DNA of 64,000 nucleotides from Trueperaceae bacterium. GTDB lineage: Bacteria; Deinococcota; Deinococci; Deinococcales; Trueperaceae. The translations under genes were made by a program, and so were the position numbers. Location of the stretch: NCBI GenBank assembly GCA_965213925.1, contig OZ243927.1, positions 1,440,001 through 1,504,000 of the forward strand, read 5' to 3'. The stretch's first letter is position 1, and each line of letters begins with the position of its first letter. Below the pieces are notes generated by a model. That model had not been told where the DNA came from. It made no database searches and saw only the letters and a list, made by a program, of their open reading frames with translations. This document shows positions 48,423-57,667 of this stretch, one piece after another.

Positions 48423-48794
48423 TCAAAGAGTGAGCCAGAGAAGCGCGAAATGGATGAGGGCTAAAGCTGCCGCGCCGTAGATGAATAGGCGAGATTGCGC
48501 CGTGCGAAATTCGTATTGAGGATGTGCCGAAAGCCGCCAATGCAGCCCCGCGTGAACGACCATAAAGAGGTCGAGACCTACCATCGTCCAAAACTGTACC
48601 GCTTCACTTGGAAAAGCAGCCAGCCAGAGGAGCAGGGCGACGACCGGCACGTGAAGAAGGACAAAAGCCCGCCGCGCGCCCTCGTCGGGCAGGGCGCGAA
48701 GCACGAATAAGAGTCGCCATTCGCGCTTGTGGACAGCGTCGAGTTCATGCGCGAGCAGCGTCGAAAAGGCGAGGTAGAAGACGAGGTCGAGCAA
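48423..48794 (-). CDS. Small membrane protein (DUF6713-like)
   Basis: LLAHELDAV...EWRLL...HVP...VHAGLH; about 4 TM. Confidence 0.75.
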   Translation of the reverse strand: MLDLVFYLAFSTLLAHELDAVHKREWRLLFVLRALPDEGARRAFVLLHVPVVALLLWLAAFPSEAVQFWTMVGLDLFMVVHAGLHWRLSAHPQYEFRTAQSRLFIYGAAALALIHFALLWLTL

Positions 48795-48910
48795 GGGTCT
48801 AGCGGCTGGGTGAGTCGCCTAAACGAAGTGCGGTGCTATTTTTGGCGCGCTCTAACGCCTCTACTCGGTGACACCTAGCCTGTTCACCGAGTCGCTCTCT
48901 CGTCTGCCGT

Positions 48911-48936
48911 GTAGGGGTACGCATAGCGTATGCTAC
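48911..48936 (+). repeat. GTAG-type REP-like palindrome
   Basis: gtaggggtacgc-ata-gcgtatgctac. Confidence 0.55.
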
Positions 48937-49877
48937 ACCTCTTCATGAAACTCGTTATAGCGAACCAGTACCTTTACGGGGCGAAGTTCACCGCTTGCGA
49001 GCTGCGCAAAGGTCTTGGGCAAAGCCGCCGCGCTCACCTCGAGGTCGAAAAGCGCCGTCAGTTTGGCGAGGTCAGGCAAGCCGAAAAACCACGTTGCGTG
49101 CTCCTGGTAGTCTTCACCGTCGCTCGAGCCCACCACCCGAAGTTCCTTTTGGTGAAACTGCGGGGTCAGCTCGAGCGGTTCGACGTTGCCGTCCGCCAGA
49201 ACGCAGAGTCGCCCGCCCGTTCGAAGGTTGTCTTGCAAGAGGGCGAAGGCGGCGTTGCGACTCGAGCATTCGAACCCAGCCGTATAAGAGGTCTGAATTT
49301 TATGAGCTTCTTCAAGTGTAAGGACGTTCGTCGCGCCCAACTGGAGGGCTAGCTCGAGCCTCGCCCTGACAGGTTCCACGACATCGACCTCTTGCACGCC
49401 GAGCGCTTTCAGGACGAAAAGCGTCAACAGCCCGATGGCACCTGCGCCCGTCACGAGCACCCGCTCACCGGGTCGCGGCACGACTTTAAGGACGCCTTTC
49501 TTGACATCGTTCGAAAGGATGGCGAGCAGTGCTAAGCGTGGGTCTAAGTCTCGAGGGGCGGGAATGAGTCTGTCTGTGGCGAGAACCTCGTGCGTCACGT
49601 GTCCTTCAGAGGTCACGACGCGGTCTCCTACGCGGAAGCCCCGGACCTCTTCGCCTACGCCGTCGACGATACCGTAGGTCTCGTACCCGGTCATCTTAGG
49701 ATAGGTGACGTGGGCGGGATTTCTGGCGTCGCCCGTAAAGAGCGGCAGCTCTGTACCAAGACTGAGGGCGCTATAGAGCGTGCGGACCAGAACCTCATCC
49801 TTTTGAAGTTTCAGAGACCGAGCTTGCCACGCCAACGTGCGCGGCGCGGTGAGCAAAAGCGTATGCGAAAGGGTCAT
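48933..49877 (-). CDS. Zinc-binding/MDR-family oxidoreductase
   Basis: SALSLGTE, YPKMTGYE, FRVGDRV, GAGAIG. Confidence 0.85.
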   Translation of the reverse strand: MTLSHTLLLTAPRTLAWQARSLKLQKDEVLVRTLYSALSLGTELPLFTGDARNPAHVTYPKMTGYETYGIVDGVGEEVRGFRVGDRVVTSEGHVTHEVLATDRLIPAPRDLDPRLALLAILSNDVKKGVLKVVPRPGERVLVTGAGAIGLLTLFVLKALGVQEVDVVEPVRARLELALQLGATNVLTLEEAHKIQTSYTAGFECSSRNAAFALLQDNLRTGGRLCVLADGNVEPLELTPQFHQKELRVVGSSDGEDYQEHATWFFGLPDLAKLTALFDLEVSAAALPKTFAQLASGELRPVKVLVRYNEFHEEV

Positions 49878-50100
49878 TTGGCTTTATATTATGACGTTGT
49901 GGCGTGGAGCAGCGTATGTGCTCATCTGCAAGGCAAGTCACGGCGTGAGCGTGTGGCGTGGCACTAAGCCTTTGACCGCCACGCTTTTACTCGACCTTTT
50001 GCGCTCCGTGCTCACCGTTCTAACCTAGCGTCTTCATTCATATGGGCGCGGTGTCAAGATGCAATGAAGAATTTCACAGTTGTGCGTTATGCTTGACTTT

Positions 50101-53100
50101 ATGAGGGGCACCCCTATGACGACATTCAGCAGAAGCTTAGCCTTTTTACTGGGCTTCGGCATCACCTTTCTACCCTTTTACGGACCCTTCCTCGGACTGT
50201 TACTCTTCTTCTCGACGCGCTGGTCGTTGCGGCGTTTCGACGTGCTCTGGTGGGGCGCGGCGTTCCTCTTTGCGCTGCCCTCGGCGGTGCGCGGCGACGC
50301 GGCGGGGTTTTTCTTCGGCGCAGTGCAGCTTCTCGCGCCTTGGCTCGTCTACCGCGCCTTCGGGCAGCTCGCGGCGGACCAGCCTCGCATCGGCAAGTCG
50401 CGGCTTTCAGCGCCTATCGGGGTAGGGCTCCTGTCGGGGCTCGCGCTGGTCGTTCTGTTCGGCTGGCTGCAGCTCGGCGCGTTGGGGGCGGGGCTCCTGG
50501 GCACCGTCACCCAGACGTTCGTGGGGGCGGCGGGCTCGAGCGTATACGGTCACACCGTCTTCGCGCTGGGCGCGCTCGTGGCGATTCTCCTGCCCAACAT
50601 GCGCCTCAAGCTGGTCAGCTTGGGGCTCTCGGCGCTCGGCATCCTCGTTTCGGGCAGCCGTGAGGCGGCGCTCGCTTGGCTGCTCGTCGCGCTCACGCTG
50701 CTGCTTATGGGGGGCAAGCGCTCCTGGCGCAGCCGCGCCGCCGAAATCAGTTTGGTCAGCCTCATGCTCCTGGTGGCGGCGGGCATCGGACCGCAGCTCG
50801 GCTGGGGGCGGGTCGGGCTGCTCGTCGACTTAGCGCCCGCGACGAACCCTTCGGTCAACCTCTTGCAGGGCTCGGAAAGCCCCGAGGGTGCCTGGTGGGA
50901 CACGCTCGGCGTTCGCGTACAAGCGGAGCGCGTCACACTCGCCGGGCAGGAGCGCACCAGCTACCACCTCACCAAAGAGACGCCGGAGAGTTGGGGGCGG
51001 CTGCAACAGGTCGTGCCGCTCCTCCCGAACACGCCCTACACGGTGAGCGCCTGGGTGAGAGCGCCAGCGGGCGCGGCGCAGGGCCTACCCGGCATCCAGG
51101 GGCGCGGGCAAGCGGCGGCGGGCGCGACCTTTACGCTGCGCGGCTTCCTGAGCGGCGACACGTGGAAAGCCGACGTCGACGGCGCAGGACGGGTGCTCAG
51201 CGCGGGCATCGCCGCCGAGGAGCGCGGAGAGGAAGGGGCGTGGCGGCGCGTCTGGGTGAGCTTCGTCTATGAAGGAAACGAGCCTCGTCTGCTGTGGTGG
51301 CTGGGGCTCACGCCAGACCAGCGCACGACAGCGGGGAGTCAGGCGAGTTTCGCGGGCTTTCAACTCGAGCGCGGGGATACCCTCACGCCCTATACGCCCG
51401 GCCCCGTCACACAAGGGTTTAGCCTGCGCAACGCCCGCGTCTCCTACTGGCAGTCCGCTTGGCAGGGGTTCGCGGCTCGCCCCGTTTGGGGCTGGGGTCG
51501 GGAGGCGTTCGGCGAGGCGTACCGCTCGAGCTGGCCCGCCCAGCGCCGCCTCCACGAAGTGCCCGAGCACGCGCACAACGTGTTTTTGAATACGCTCTTC
51601 GAGCGTGGTCTCGTCGGGTTCGCCGGGCTCGCCTTTCTGCTATACGCCCTCACAGTGAGGGCGTACCGGGCGAGGGACGCTGCCTTTTTGGTCGTCTTCG
51701 CCGCGCTGCTCGTCGCGAACACCTTCGACACGACGCTTCTTTACGGCGGCGTCCTCTACCCCTTAGCCGCCGTCGCAGGGTGGCGCGCGGCGTCGCGGCA
51801 CGTGCCCGCGCAGCAAGAGGCTACCGCCAAGCAGGTCGGGGTGCGCTTGGCGCTTTCAGTCACCGACTTTTTCACGGCGCTCGCCGCCTTTAACCTCGCG
51901 GCGCTCTGCTTGTGGTGGGCGGGGCGAATGTTCCACTTCGACGCGGGCTCCATCGTCTCGCCGACGGGCGCGATCGGCTACGCGCTGCTGCTATGGCCCC
52001 TCATGGCGTGGCGCGAAGGGCTCTACCCCGGCTACGGTCTGACCGCGCCGCAAGAGCTGCGCAAGCAGGTCTCGAGCGCCGCCTACGCCGGGCTCATCCT
52101 CACGGCGGGCAGCGCCCTCTTCAGCGAAGAGTTGCCCATTCCAGGCACGGTGCTCGTCCTGACGATCCTCTTCAGCGCGGTCTTGTCGCCTTTAGGTCGC
52201 ACCGTCGCCAAGTACGTGCTTCACCACTTTGGCCTCTGGGGGCGCGAGGTGGTGATTCTAGGCGCGGGCAACGCGGGGCGGCGCGTAGCACGGGCACTGC
52301 AGCAGCGTCCTCTGGATGGGCTTCACCCGGTGGCGCTCTTCGACGACGACCCAGCGAAGCGTGACGCGGAGGTCGAAGGCTTGCGCGTCAGGGGTACGCT
52401 CCGCGACGCACAGGCGTTCGCCAAAGCCAGGGGCGTGCGTCATGCAGTCGTCGCCATCTCGCACGCCTCGGACGACACCCTGATGCAGCTTCTCAACACG
52501 CAAGGTCGCGCTTTCAAGCAGGTCCAGTTCGTCCCCCACATCGAAGGCTTGCCCGTTTACGGCGTGCGCGCGGGCTCGCTCGACAACCTCTTGGCGTTGG
52601 AGGTCGACAACGCGCTCAACTCGACCCTCAACCAGAGCGTCAAGCGCGCGCTGGACCTCATCGGCGTCGTGGTGGGCGGCGTCATAATCAGCCCCTTTTT
52701 GCTCCTCCTGATGGTCGCCATCTACCTCGACTCACCCGGACGGGTCTTTTTCGGGCATCGGCGCGTCGGGCAGGGGGGCGAGCACTTCACCACCTGGAAG
52801 TTCCGCACGATGGTCCCGAACGCGCAAGAGGTCCTCGAGGAGCATCTGGCGCGCGACCCCGTCTTAGCGCAGGAGTGGCAGACGAGCTTTAAGCTGCAAG
52901 ACGACCCGAGGATCACGCGAGTCGGTAAGTTTTTGCGCAGGACGAGCCTGGACGAACTGCCGCAGCTCTGGAACGTCCTTATCGGCGAGATGAGCTTAGT
53001 CGGACCGCGTCCCATCATCGACGAGGAGGTGCCGCGCTACGCGACCTCTTTCGAACTCTACAAGCTGGTGCGCCCCGGCATGACGGGCTACTGGCAGGTC

Positions 53101-53238
53101 TCGGGGCGCAGCGACACGGACTACCCGCACCGCGTAGCGCTCGACAGCTTCTACATCCGCAACTGGTCGGTGTGGCTCGACGTGGTGATCTTGCTAGCGA
53201 CGGCGCGCGTCGTGCTCGAGGGCGACGGCGCGTACTAG
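50101..53238 (+). CDS. Fusion of O-antigen ligase (Wzy_C/WaaL-like, with inserted CBM-like domain) and WbaP-type polyprenyl-phosphate hexose-1-phosphate transferase
   Basis: SGSREA; RVSYW...RPVWGWG; HAHNVFLNTLFERG; insert LQQVVPLLPNTPYTVSAWV...QLERG; VILGAGNAG; KRALDL; KFRTM; DPRITRVG...SLDELPQL...EMSLVGPRP; PGMTGYWQVSGRS. Start 50101 or 50116. Confidence 0.88.
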   Translation: MRGTPMTTFSRSLAFLLGFGITFLPFYGPFLGLLLFFSTRWSLRRFDVLWWGAAFLFALPSAVRGDAAGFFFGAVQLLAPWLVYRAFGQLAADQPRIGKSRLSAPIGVGLLSGLALVVLFGWLQLGALGAGLLGTVTQTFVGAAGSSVYGHTVFALGALVAILLPNMRLKLVSLGLSALGILVSGSREAALAWLLVALTLLLMGGKRSWRSRAAEISLVSLMLLVAAGIGPQLGWGRVGLLVDLAPATNPSVNLLQGSESPEGAWWDTLGVRVQAERVTLAGQERTSYHLTKETPESWGRLQQVVPLLPNTPYTVSAWVRAPAGAAQGLPGIQGRGQAAAGATFTLRGFLSGDTWKADVDGAGRVLSAGIAAEERGEEGAWRRVWVSFVYEGNEPRLLWWLGLTPDQRTTAGSQASFAGFQLERGDTLTPYTPGPVTQGFSLRNARVSYWQSAWQGFAARPVWGWGREAFGEAYRSSWPAQRRLHEVPEHAHNVFLNTLFERGLVGFAGLAFLLYALTVRAYRARDAAFLVVFAALLVANTFDTTLLYGGVLYPLAAVAGWRAASRHVPAQQEATAKQVGVRLALSVTDFFTALAAFNLAALCLWWAGRMFHFDAGSIVSPTGAIGYALLLWPLMAWREGLYPGYGLTAPQELRKQVSSAAYAGLILTAGSALFSEELPIPGTVLVLTILFSAVLSPLGRTVAKYVLHHFGLWGREVVILGAGNAGRRVARALQQRPLDGLHPVALFDDDPAKRDAEVEGLRVRGTLRDAQAFAKARGVRHAVVAISHASDDTLMQLLNTQGRAFKQVQFVPHIEGLPVYGVRAGSLDNLLALEVDNALNSTLNQSVKRALDLIGVVVGGVIISPFLLLLMVAIYLDSPGRVFFGHRRVGQGGEHFTTWKFRTMVPNAQEVLEEHLARDPVLAQEWQTSFKLQDDPRITRVGKFLRRTSLDELPQLWNVLIGEMSLVGPRPIIDEEVPRYATSFELYKLVRPGMTGYWQVSGRSDTDYPHRVALDSFYIRNWSVWLDVVILLATARVVLEGDGAY

Positions 53239-53250
53239 CTAAAGAAGACC

Positions 53251-56200
53251 TCACGGCGACGTGTTCAACACCCTCACCCTGCGGGTCAGCTCGGTGACGG
53301 TGCCGTCCACTGTGGCGGCGCGGAAGACGAGGTCGTAGACGGCGTCCTCGGCGTCGGCGGCGACGGGGAGAACCGCGCTGTAACGCCCCGGCTCCTCTTC
53401 GGTGAGTTGAACATTACCTAGCAGGCTTTGCATGCTCACCTCGGCGGCTTCGAAAAGGGGCTCGGCGAAGAGGTCTAAAGACTCGCCCGCCCTGACCGGA
53501 CCGTCGGCAGTGACTTCGAGCCGGGCAACGTCCGGGTCGACGACGAGCTGACCTCGGCGGCTCGCCGTCTCGTCGCCGCGCCGCGCGACCACTTCGAAGG
53601 TGTAGACGCCGGGCGGCGTGTCCGCGGGCACATTCACGCGCCCGAACCACCCGCCCTCCACCGCGAAGAGGTCGCCCTTACCCGCCGGGGTGCTGACGCT
53701 CACGCTCTCGGCGTCACCTTGAACGCTCACCCTGATGAGCGGCGCTGAACCGGGCGGCGCGCGCTCGGCTGTCGGCGTCACGCGGCGCACGCGCAACTTC
53801 GACCCGCCGAAACTCCGCGCTCGCGTGCGCGCGGGTTGGAGCAGGTACGTGACCTCGACGACCTCGCCCGCGCTTACCGTGAGCTGGCGCGCCGCGTCAC
53901 CTAAAAGGACGCTGCCAGCGGGGTAGTCGACGAGCTGCAAGGTCGCCTCGCCGGGGAGCAGCCCGCGCGCCGAAAAGTTGCCCTGCTCATCCGCGCTGAG
54001 CGAGCGGTAGAGCCCTTCGGTGTCGATGAGCAGCAGCCGCGCCGCGAGACCGCGTGCGGGCGTGTCGGCGACACCGTCGGCGTCCGCGTCCTCTAAGACC
54101 CGCCCCCTGAGCGCCGCTGTACGCGCGAGGCGAAAGTCCCACGTGACCTCCTCTTTGAGCGCGACTTCGGCGAAGACCGTATCCGACCCTAGCAAGCGGT
54201 AGGTGATGGGCAGACTCGTAACCTCGAGACTCACCTTGTAGGTGCCGGGCTCCACGTCGGCGCGGTAACGCCCCGCCTCGTCGGTCAGGATTCTGAAACG
54301 CCCTACCCTGACCTCGACGCCCGCGAGCGGACCCTCGTCGGAACGCACCACGCCCTGCACCGCGCCGAGCCGACGCCCGCCCGCAAACTCGCTCGCCCTG
54401 CGCGGAACGCCCACGTCAAAAGCGTAGTCGCTCGAGAGCGACAGCCCTAAGGTGAAAGGACGTTCGCCTGCGCCGCTGCCGTACCCATAGTTGGCGTTGC
54501 CCGCGACGTTGACGCGCCAGGGTCCGCTGTAGAGCACCGTGCCCGCGTTGAGCCCTAACCGCTTCTCCTCGACGTTCCAGGTGCCGTTGCTAAAAAAGGT
54601 GAGGGGCGCGTCGTTCATCTGCAACTTGAGGTCGAGCTGACCCTCCAGATGCCGCGTGCTCGGATAGTAGGTCAGGTCGCTCTCCAAACTGTAGTAGGGC
54701 GTGCCGCGCCGCGCCAAACGCGCGGACGTGTCCAGCGCCAGCTCAGCGCCGTAGACCACGCCGAACTGCGCGTCGGCGAGCCACGCATCGGCAAAAGGCG
54801 TCTCGTACTGGAGCCGCGCAACGTTCTGTGCGCTGCCCATCTCCAAGCTCAGCGTGACGTCGCCGGGTAGCGAGGGCAGATCGTCGAAGATGAGGCGGTC
54901 TTGCAGGCCGATGCTCCAGCCAGCAGCGGGTTTTGAGTCAGAGGAGTTTTTTGAGCCGGAGGAGGTTCTCGAGGAGGTCGCCCCGAGAGAGCCCTTCGCG
55001 TAGAGGTGCCGTCCGGGTCCGTAATAGTCTAACTGGGTTGACGCGCTCGCCCCGTCGGTGAGCAGACCGGTCAGTTTGAGGCTTCCTCGCAGCCTTCCCG
55101 TCGAGAGCTTTCTTTCTCCCTCCAACGAGGCGTCGAGGGCGTCATCGCTCGCTTTGGCTGCAACGCTAAACGCGCCTAAGTCGGCGCTACCACGTGCGCT
55201 GAACTGCGCGTCGCCTGAACGTATCCCCGCCCCGAGTGCGACGGACGCCACTTGAGCATGGTACGCGCCCGCTACGTAACCGGGCGCATCCTTCTCCGCG
55301 CTGAGCGCACCCGCTACCGACCAGCGCGGCGCTTCGTAGCTCCCCGATACGCCGGTGCCCGACGACAGTCCGAGGTTGTAAGGGTCGCCGCCGCTGCCCC
55401 CGACCTGCGCCGTCCACACCTCATGCTGCATCTCCGCGTAAGAACTCAGCATGTCCTTGGCGTCCAGTCTCGCTGTCAAGCTTACAAAGTCAGAGAGCGG
55501 ACCCTCCGCCGTGAGTTCGCCCCCCCAGCTCTCAGTCGAGAGGCTCGCCGAGGCGACGGCATTGAGGCGAAAAGGGTGCGGCGGCGGCACGCCGAAGCGG
55601 GTGACCGTGAGGGTTTTGCGGACGACCTGCTCGCCGCTCGTTAAGACGAGGGTGTAGCTTCCCTCGCTCGAGACCTCGAGCCGCTCCACGCGCCGCTCCT
55701 GCGGCGCAAGCTCGCGCTCGCGCGCCACCAAAACCTCGCCCCGCTGACGCAGCTCGAGGCGCACCGCGCTCGTCACGTTGCCCCGGTTGATGAGGGTGAC
55801 GTTCACTCCTTTGGCGCTCAACACGACCGTTTCGGGCGCGTCTAGGTCCAGCGACGTACGCTCGTTGACCGTGACGGTTGTCTGAACGCTCAGCTCGTCC
55901 GTAGCGGTGCGCAGCGTCAACGTGAGCGTGTCCTCGGCGAACGCAGGCGCGTCGGCAGGCACAGCCAGCGTGAGCGCGATAGGGCGGCTCTGCCCCGGCG
56001 CTAAGGTCAGCTCGCCCGGCTGCCGTAAGATTTTCCAACCCGACGAGGAGCGCGCCTCGGCGCTTACAACCGTGCCGGCTTCCGTCCCGGACGCCTCCGC
56101 GCGAAACACGAAGGTGACGTAGTCGCCGGGCTCGGCGAAGCGGCTGTTCGGCGGCGTCAGGGTCAAGGTTTGCGCGACGCCTGTGCCGACCAAGGCTAGT

Positions 56201-56289
56201 AGCGCCAAGCAGAGAAGGCGCGCGAGAACCGTTAGACGCACCGCCACGCGCTGAAAGGACATGTCGAGAAGGTGAGCGAACTTCGTCAT
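53251..56289 (-). CDS. Large exported beta-rich protein (Ig-like N-terminus, probable beta-barrel middle, SdrD-B/carboxypeptidase-regulatory-like C-terminal domains)
   Basis: Signal peptide ending GVA-Q; alternating amphipathic strands; GPLAGVEV...TDEAGRY...PGTYKV; GRVLEDADADG; start uncertain. Confidence 0.7.
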   Translation of the reverse strand: MTKFAHLLDMSFQRVAVRLTVLARLLCLALLALVGTGVAQTLTLTPPNSRFAEPGDYVTFVFRAEASGTEAGTVVSAEARSSSGWKILRQPGELTLAPGQSRPIALTLAVPADAPAFAEDTLTLTLRTATDELSVQTTVTVNERTSLDLDAPETVVLSAKGVNVTLINRGNVTSAVRLELRQRGEVLVARERELAPQERRVERLEVSSEGSYTLVLTSGEQVVRKTLTVTRFGVPPPHPFRLNAVASASLSTESWGGELTAEGPLSDFVSLTARLDAKDMLSSYAEMQHEVWTAQVGGSGGDPYNLGLSSGTGVSGSYEAPRWSVAGALSAEKDAPGYVAGAYHAQVASVALGAGIRSGDAQFSARGSADLGAFSVAAKASDDALDASLEGERKLSTGRLRGSLKLTGLLTDGASASTQLDYYGPGRHLYAKGSLGATSSRTSSGSKNSSDSKPAAGWSIGLQDRLIFDDLPSLPGDVTLSLEMGSAQNVARLQYETPFADAWLADAQFGVVYGAELALDTSARLARRGTPYYSLESDLTYYPSTRHLEGQLDLKLQMNDAPLTFFSNGTWNVEEKRLGLNAGTVLYSGPWRVNVAGNANYGYGSGAGERPFTLGLSLSSDYAFDVGVPRRASEFAGGRRLGAVQGVVRSDEGPLAGVEVRVGRFRILTDEAGRYRADVEPGTYKVSLEVTSLPITYRLLGSDTVFAEVALKEEVTWDFRLARTAALRGRVLEDADADGVADTPARGLAARLLLIDTEGLYRSLSADEQGNFSARGLLPGEATLQLVDYPAGSVLLGDAARQLTVSAGEVVEVTYLLQPARTRARSFGGSKLRVRRVTPTAERAPPGSAPLIRVSVQGDAESVSVSTPAGKGDLFAVEGGWFGRVNVPADTPPGVYTFEVVARRGDETASRRGQLVVDPDVARLEVTADGPVRAGESLDLFAEPLFEAAEVSMQSLLGNVQLTEEEPGRYSAVLPVAADAEDAVYDLVFRAATVDGTVTELTRRVRVLNTSP

Positions 56290-56401
56290 AGAGCAACGCA
56301 GCCTGAAATGAGATACGCTTCTCTAGGTATAGCAAGGGCTAAGCCCAGACCGAGTGAAGATTTGCTGCTACAGACGTGTGCTTTTTACACTTTTGTCCTG
56401 A

Positions 56402-56590
56402 GTACACCGTTAATTGAAAAATGAATGATGTCATTCTGAACGGAACGAAGTGTAGTGAAAGAATCTCTGCCCTTGCTGACTCCACTTGCTGAGATTGAAA
56501 GGCGAGACCCTTACGCATTCGCCGGACTTCGTCTGACTGCGTGAACAGGGTGACATCAGTGAAGGTGTCAATACTTAGTTGACAGTGTAC
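56402..56590 (-). mobile_element. MITE-like dispersed repeat, copy 6
   Basis: GTACACCGTTAA...TTGACAGTGTAC; TGA (CTGAG context) on both flanks. Confidence 0.82.
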
Positions 56591-56735
56591 TGAGTACGCG
56601 GTCGGCTAAGAAGTGCGATAGTTTTTCAAGCTACAGGGTTAATGAAGCTTCTATTTGTGGAGTGTGAAGTTTTTCGCCGCTCAAACCTCTACCCGGTTAC
56701 AATCGTCCGAATTGACCTCTTGCTAACGTACCCCT

Positions 56736-56933
56736 ATGAGATATTTACTGATTCTTTTACTCACTCTAACGTTTGGACTCGCAGCCTGTGGAGACGGCGA
56801 AAGCGACGCCGAAGCGGGCGCTGAGCAAGCCGCCGAAGAGGTGCAACAGGGCGCAGAGGAAGCGGGCGAAGCCGCTAGTGAGACCGCAGAAGAGGCGGGC
56901 GACGCCGTAGAGGGCGCGACTGACGGAGAATAG
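56736..56933 (+). CDS. Small acidic Ala/Glu-rich lipoprotein
   Basis: Lipobox LAAC; AEQAAEEVQQGAEEAGEAA repeats; TAACGT 6 nt before ATG. Confidence 0.75.
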   Translation: MRYLLILLLTLTFGLAACGDGESDAEAGAEQAAEEVQQGAEEAGEAASETAEEAGDAVEGATDGE

Positions 56934-56955
56934 GCTTCGAACTCAACGTTTTGCT

Positions 56956-57666
56956 TCATAGCCGGGTTGCTTCGTAAAGGGCAATCCCCACCGCTACCGC
57001 GAGGTTCAAGGATTCGATCCATTCACTCTGAGGAATGGTCACGCTTTCGCCCACCTCGCGGTACGCTTTTGGCAACCCTGGTCCTTCGGGTCCGAAGACG
57101 AGTGTAAAGGGAGCGGTGAACGTGACCTCTTGTAGTTCACGCTTTGCGTCCAACATAAAGGGGTAAAGCTGGCGCTGAGTGGTTTCCCTATACGCCTCTA
57201 AATCGTCGAAATAGTGCGCGTTAAGTGCGAAGATCGCGCCCATCGAGGCGCGAACGACGTGCGGGTTGAAGAGGTCGGCGGCGGGGCGTAAGAGCGCCAG
57301 GTCGCGCACGCCGAAGCCCAGCATCGTCCTGACGATGGTGCCCAAGTTGCCCATATCGCTCGGGTTGACCAATAGGAGGTGGTTCGCTTCCTTTTGCAAC
57401 GCCATTTCATACTTTTCAAACACGGCGAACACGTAAACGTTGCCCTTGTGCGCGAGTCTATTGACGAGTTTGTCATTCATTTCAAACGGAACGCTAAGCG
57501 CGTCGCACCGAGAGCGAATTTCCGCGACGCCCTCGCTCACTTCACCCTTGGAATGCGCGACGACGCGCAGCACCTTATCGGGGCGGTGGGTCAAAAGCTC
57601 CAGCGTCGGAAAGATGCCGAAGCTGTAGGAGTGCGTAAAATCCTTTTTGTAGCGTTTGAGCTGCAC
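56956..57666 (-). CDS. TrmH/SpoU family RNA methyltransferase
   Basis: DMGNLGTIVRT, VRASMG, LVFGPEGPGL, IPQS...ESLNLAVA; start uncertain (57666-57693). Confidence 0.9.
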   Translation of the reverse strand: MQLKRYKKDFTHSYSFGIFPTLELLTHRPDKVLRVVAHSKGEVSEGVAEIRSRCDALSVPFEMNDKLVNRLAHKGNVYVFAVFEKYEMALQKEANHLLLVNPSDMGNLGTIVRTMLGFGVRDLALLRPAADLFNPHVVRASMGAIFALNAHYFDDLEAYRETTQRQLYPFMLDAKRELQEVTFTAPFTLVFGPEGPGLPKAYREVGESVTIPQSEWIESLNLAVAVGIALYEATRL

Positions 57667-57667
57667 C

